A stretch of 64,000 nucleotides of DNA from Utricularia gibba (taxonomy: Eukaryota; Plantae; Magnoliophyta). The notes beneath the pieces were generated by a model. That model saw only the letters and a list, made by a program, of their open reading frames with translations, searched no databases and was not told the DNA's origin. Shown here one piece after another: positions 63,512-64,000 of this stretch (positions are counted from its first letter, which is position 1; the number at the start of each line of letters is the position of its first letter). The position numbers were made by a program, and so were the translations under genes. Where the stretch lies: assembly GCA_002189035.1 (NCBI GenBank), contig NEEC01000002.1:3410001-3474000 (forward strand). The letters are read 5' to 3'.

Positions 63512-64000
63512 CTAATGGCGTGGGACGCTCTTTCTTTGCAGCCATCGATTCAAGGAGTGTTTGGTGACCATCAGTCTTTGAAGCACCGCAGGCCTTCTGG
63601 AAAAAGCTTTCGATGATTTTGGGGATTCACTTCTGTCTGCTGCTGCGTTTTCCGACTTCGGGCCTTCTTTCTCCAAGTTGGCTTCCTTTCCTGCCGCAAA
63701 AACCTCAAGCCCCAGATGGTGCCGTAACAGTGAAGTCACCGCTTCCCTGACTCCATCTTCGTCTTTAGATCCTTCATCCCTGAAACCATCCTGATGCTGC
63801 CCAAGTATGATAAGGACGTCCTCTTTTATCAAGGAACCCCTACTATACTTCTCTTTGATCTTCCTCAGAACTGCAAGGACAACAATTCGTGCTTCCACCT
63901 GTTGACTCAACACTATCATTAGGGCTGCTTCTTCAGGAAAATAACCTGCTTCCAACAATTACTCTAGACTATGTACCTTGGTGACACCTCGGAGGTCAAT
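63512..64000 (-). CDS. 3' end of a PPR-SMR protein gene (Smr domain; At2g17033-like), continuing beyond the window
   Basis: Splicing 63977 to 63898 (78-nt GT-AG intron) gives IDLRGVTK-VEARIVVLAVLRKIKE..DVLIILG, an Smr-type start, ending RRPAVLQRLMVTKHSLNRWLQRK. The family call is from memory of motifs. Confidence 0.65.

Overview
Plant (angiosperm) nuclear DNA in three zones. (1) 1-7975 is the 3' part of a VPS13M-type lipid-transfer gene, disabled by nonsense codons, frameshifts and apparent exon loss. (2) About 8.0-43.3 kb is a gene-free, deeply nested transposon block. It opens with a decayed ITS2/25S rDNA fragment and closes with an in-phase TTTAGGG tract on a truncated LTR. It contains Tekay-like chromoviruses, Athila-like elements, several solo LTRs with target-site duplications (TSDs), an Angela-like copia LTR and two hAT elements. 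The larger hAT (22845-37752) splits a Tekay RNase H and is itself split by a 12-kb Athila-like element carrying four further inserts. (3) 45.8-64 kb is gene-dense: WAT1/UMAMIT transporter, RPL23A, a TRM/LONGIFOLIA-family gene, a MINPP1-like phosphatase, an RS2Z splicing factor and the 3' end of a PPR-SMR gene. WAT1, TRM and RS2Z each lack single bases in short homopolymer runs, which looks like long-read consensus error rather than true pseudogenisation. I found no CRISPR array, tRNA or clearly novel system. The best leads are the telomere-capped LTR, the rDNA fragment, the inverted LTR pair and a duplicated GGUGG-rich motif in the RS2Z long intron. All family calls come from motif recognition, not database searches.
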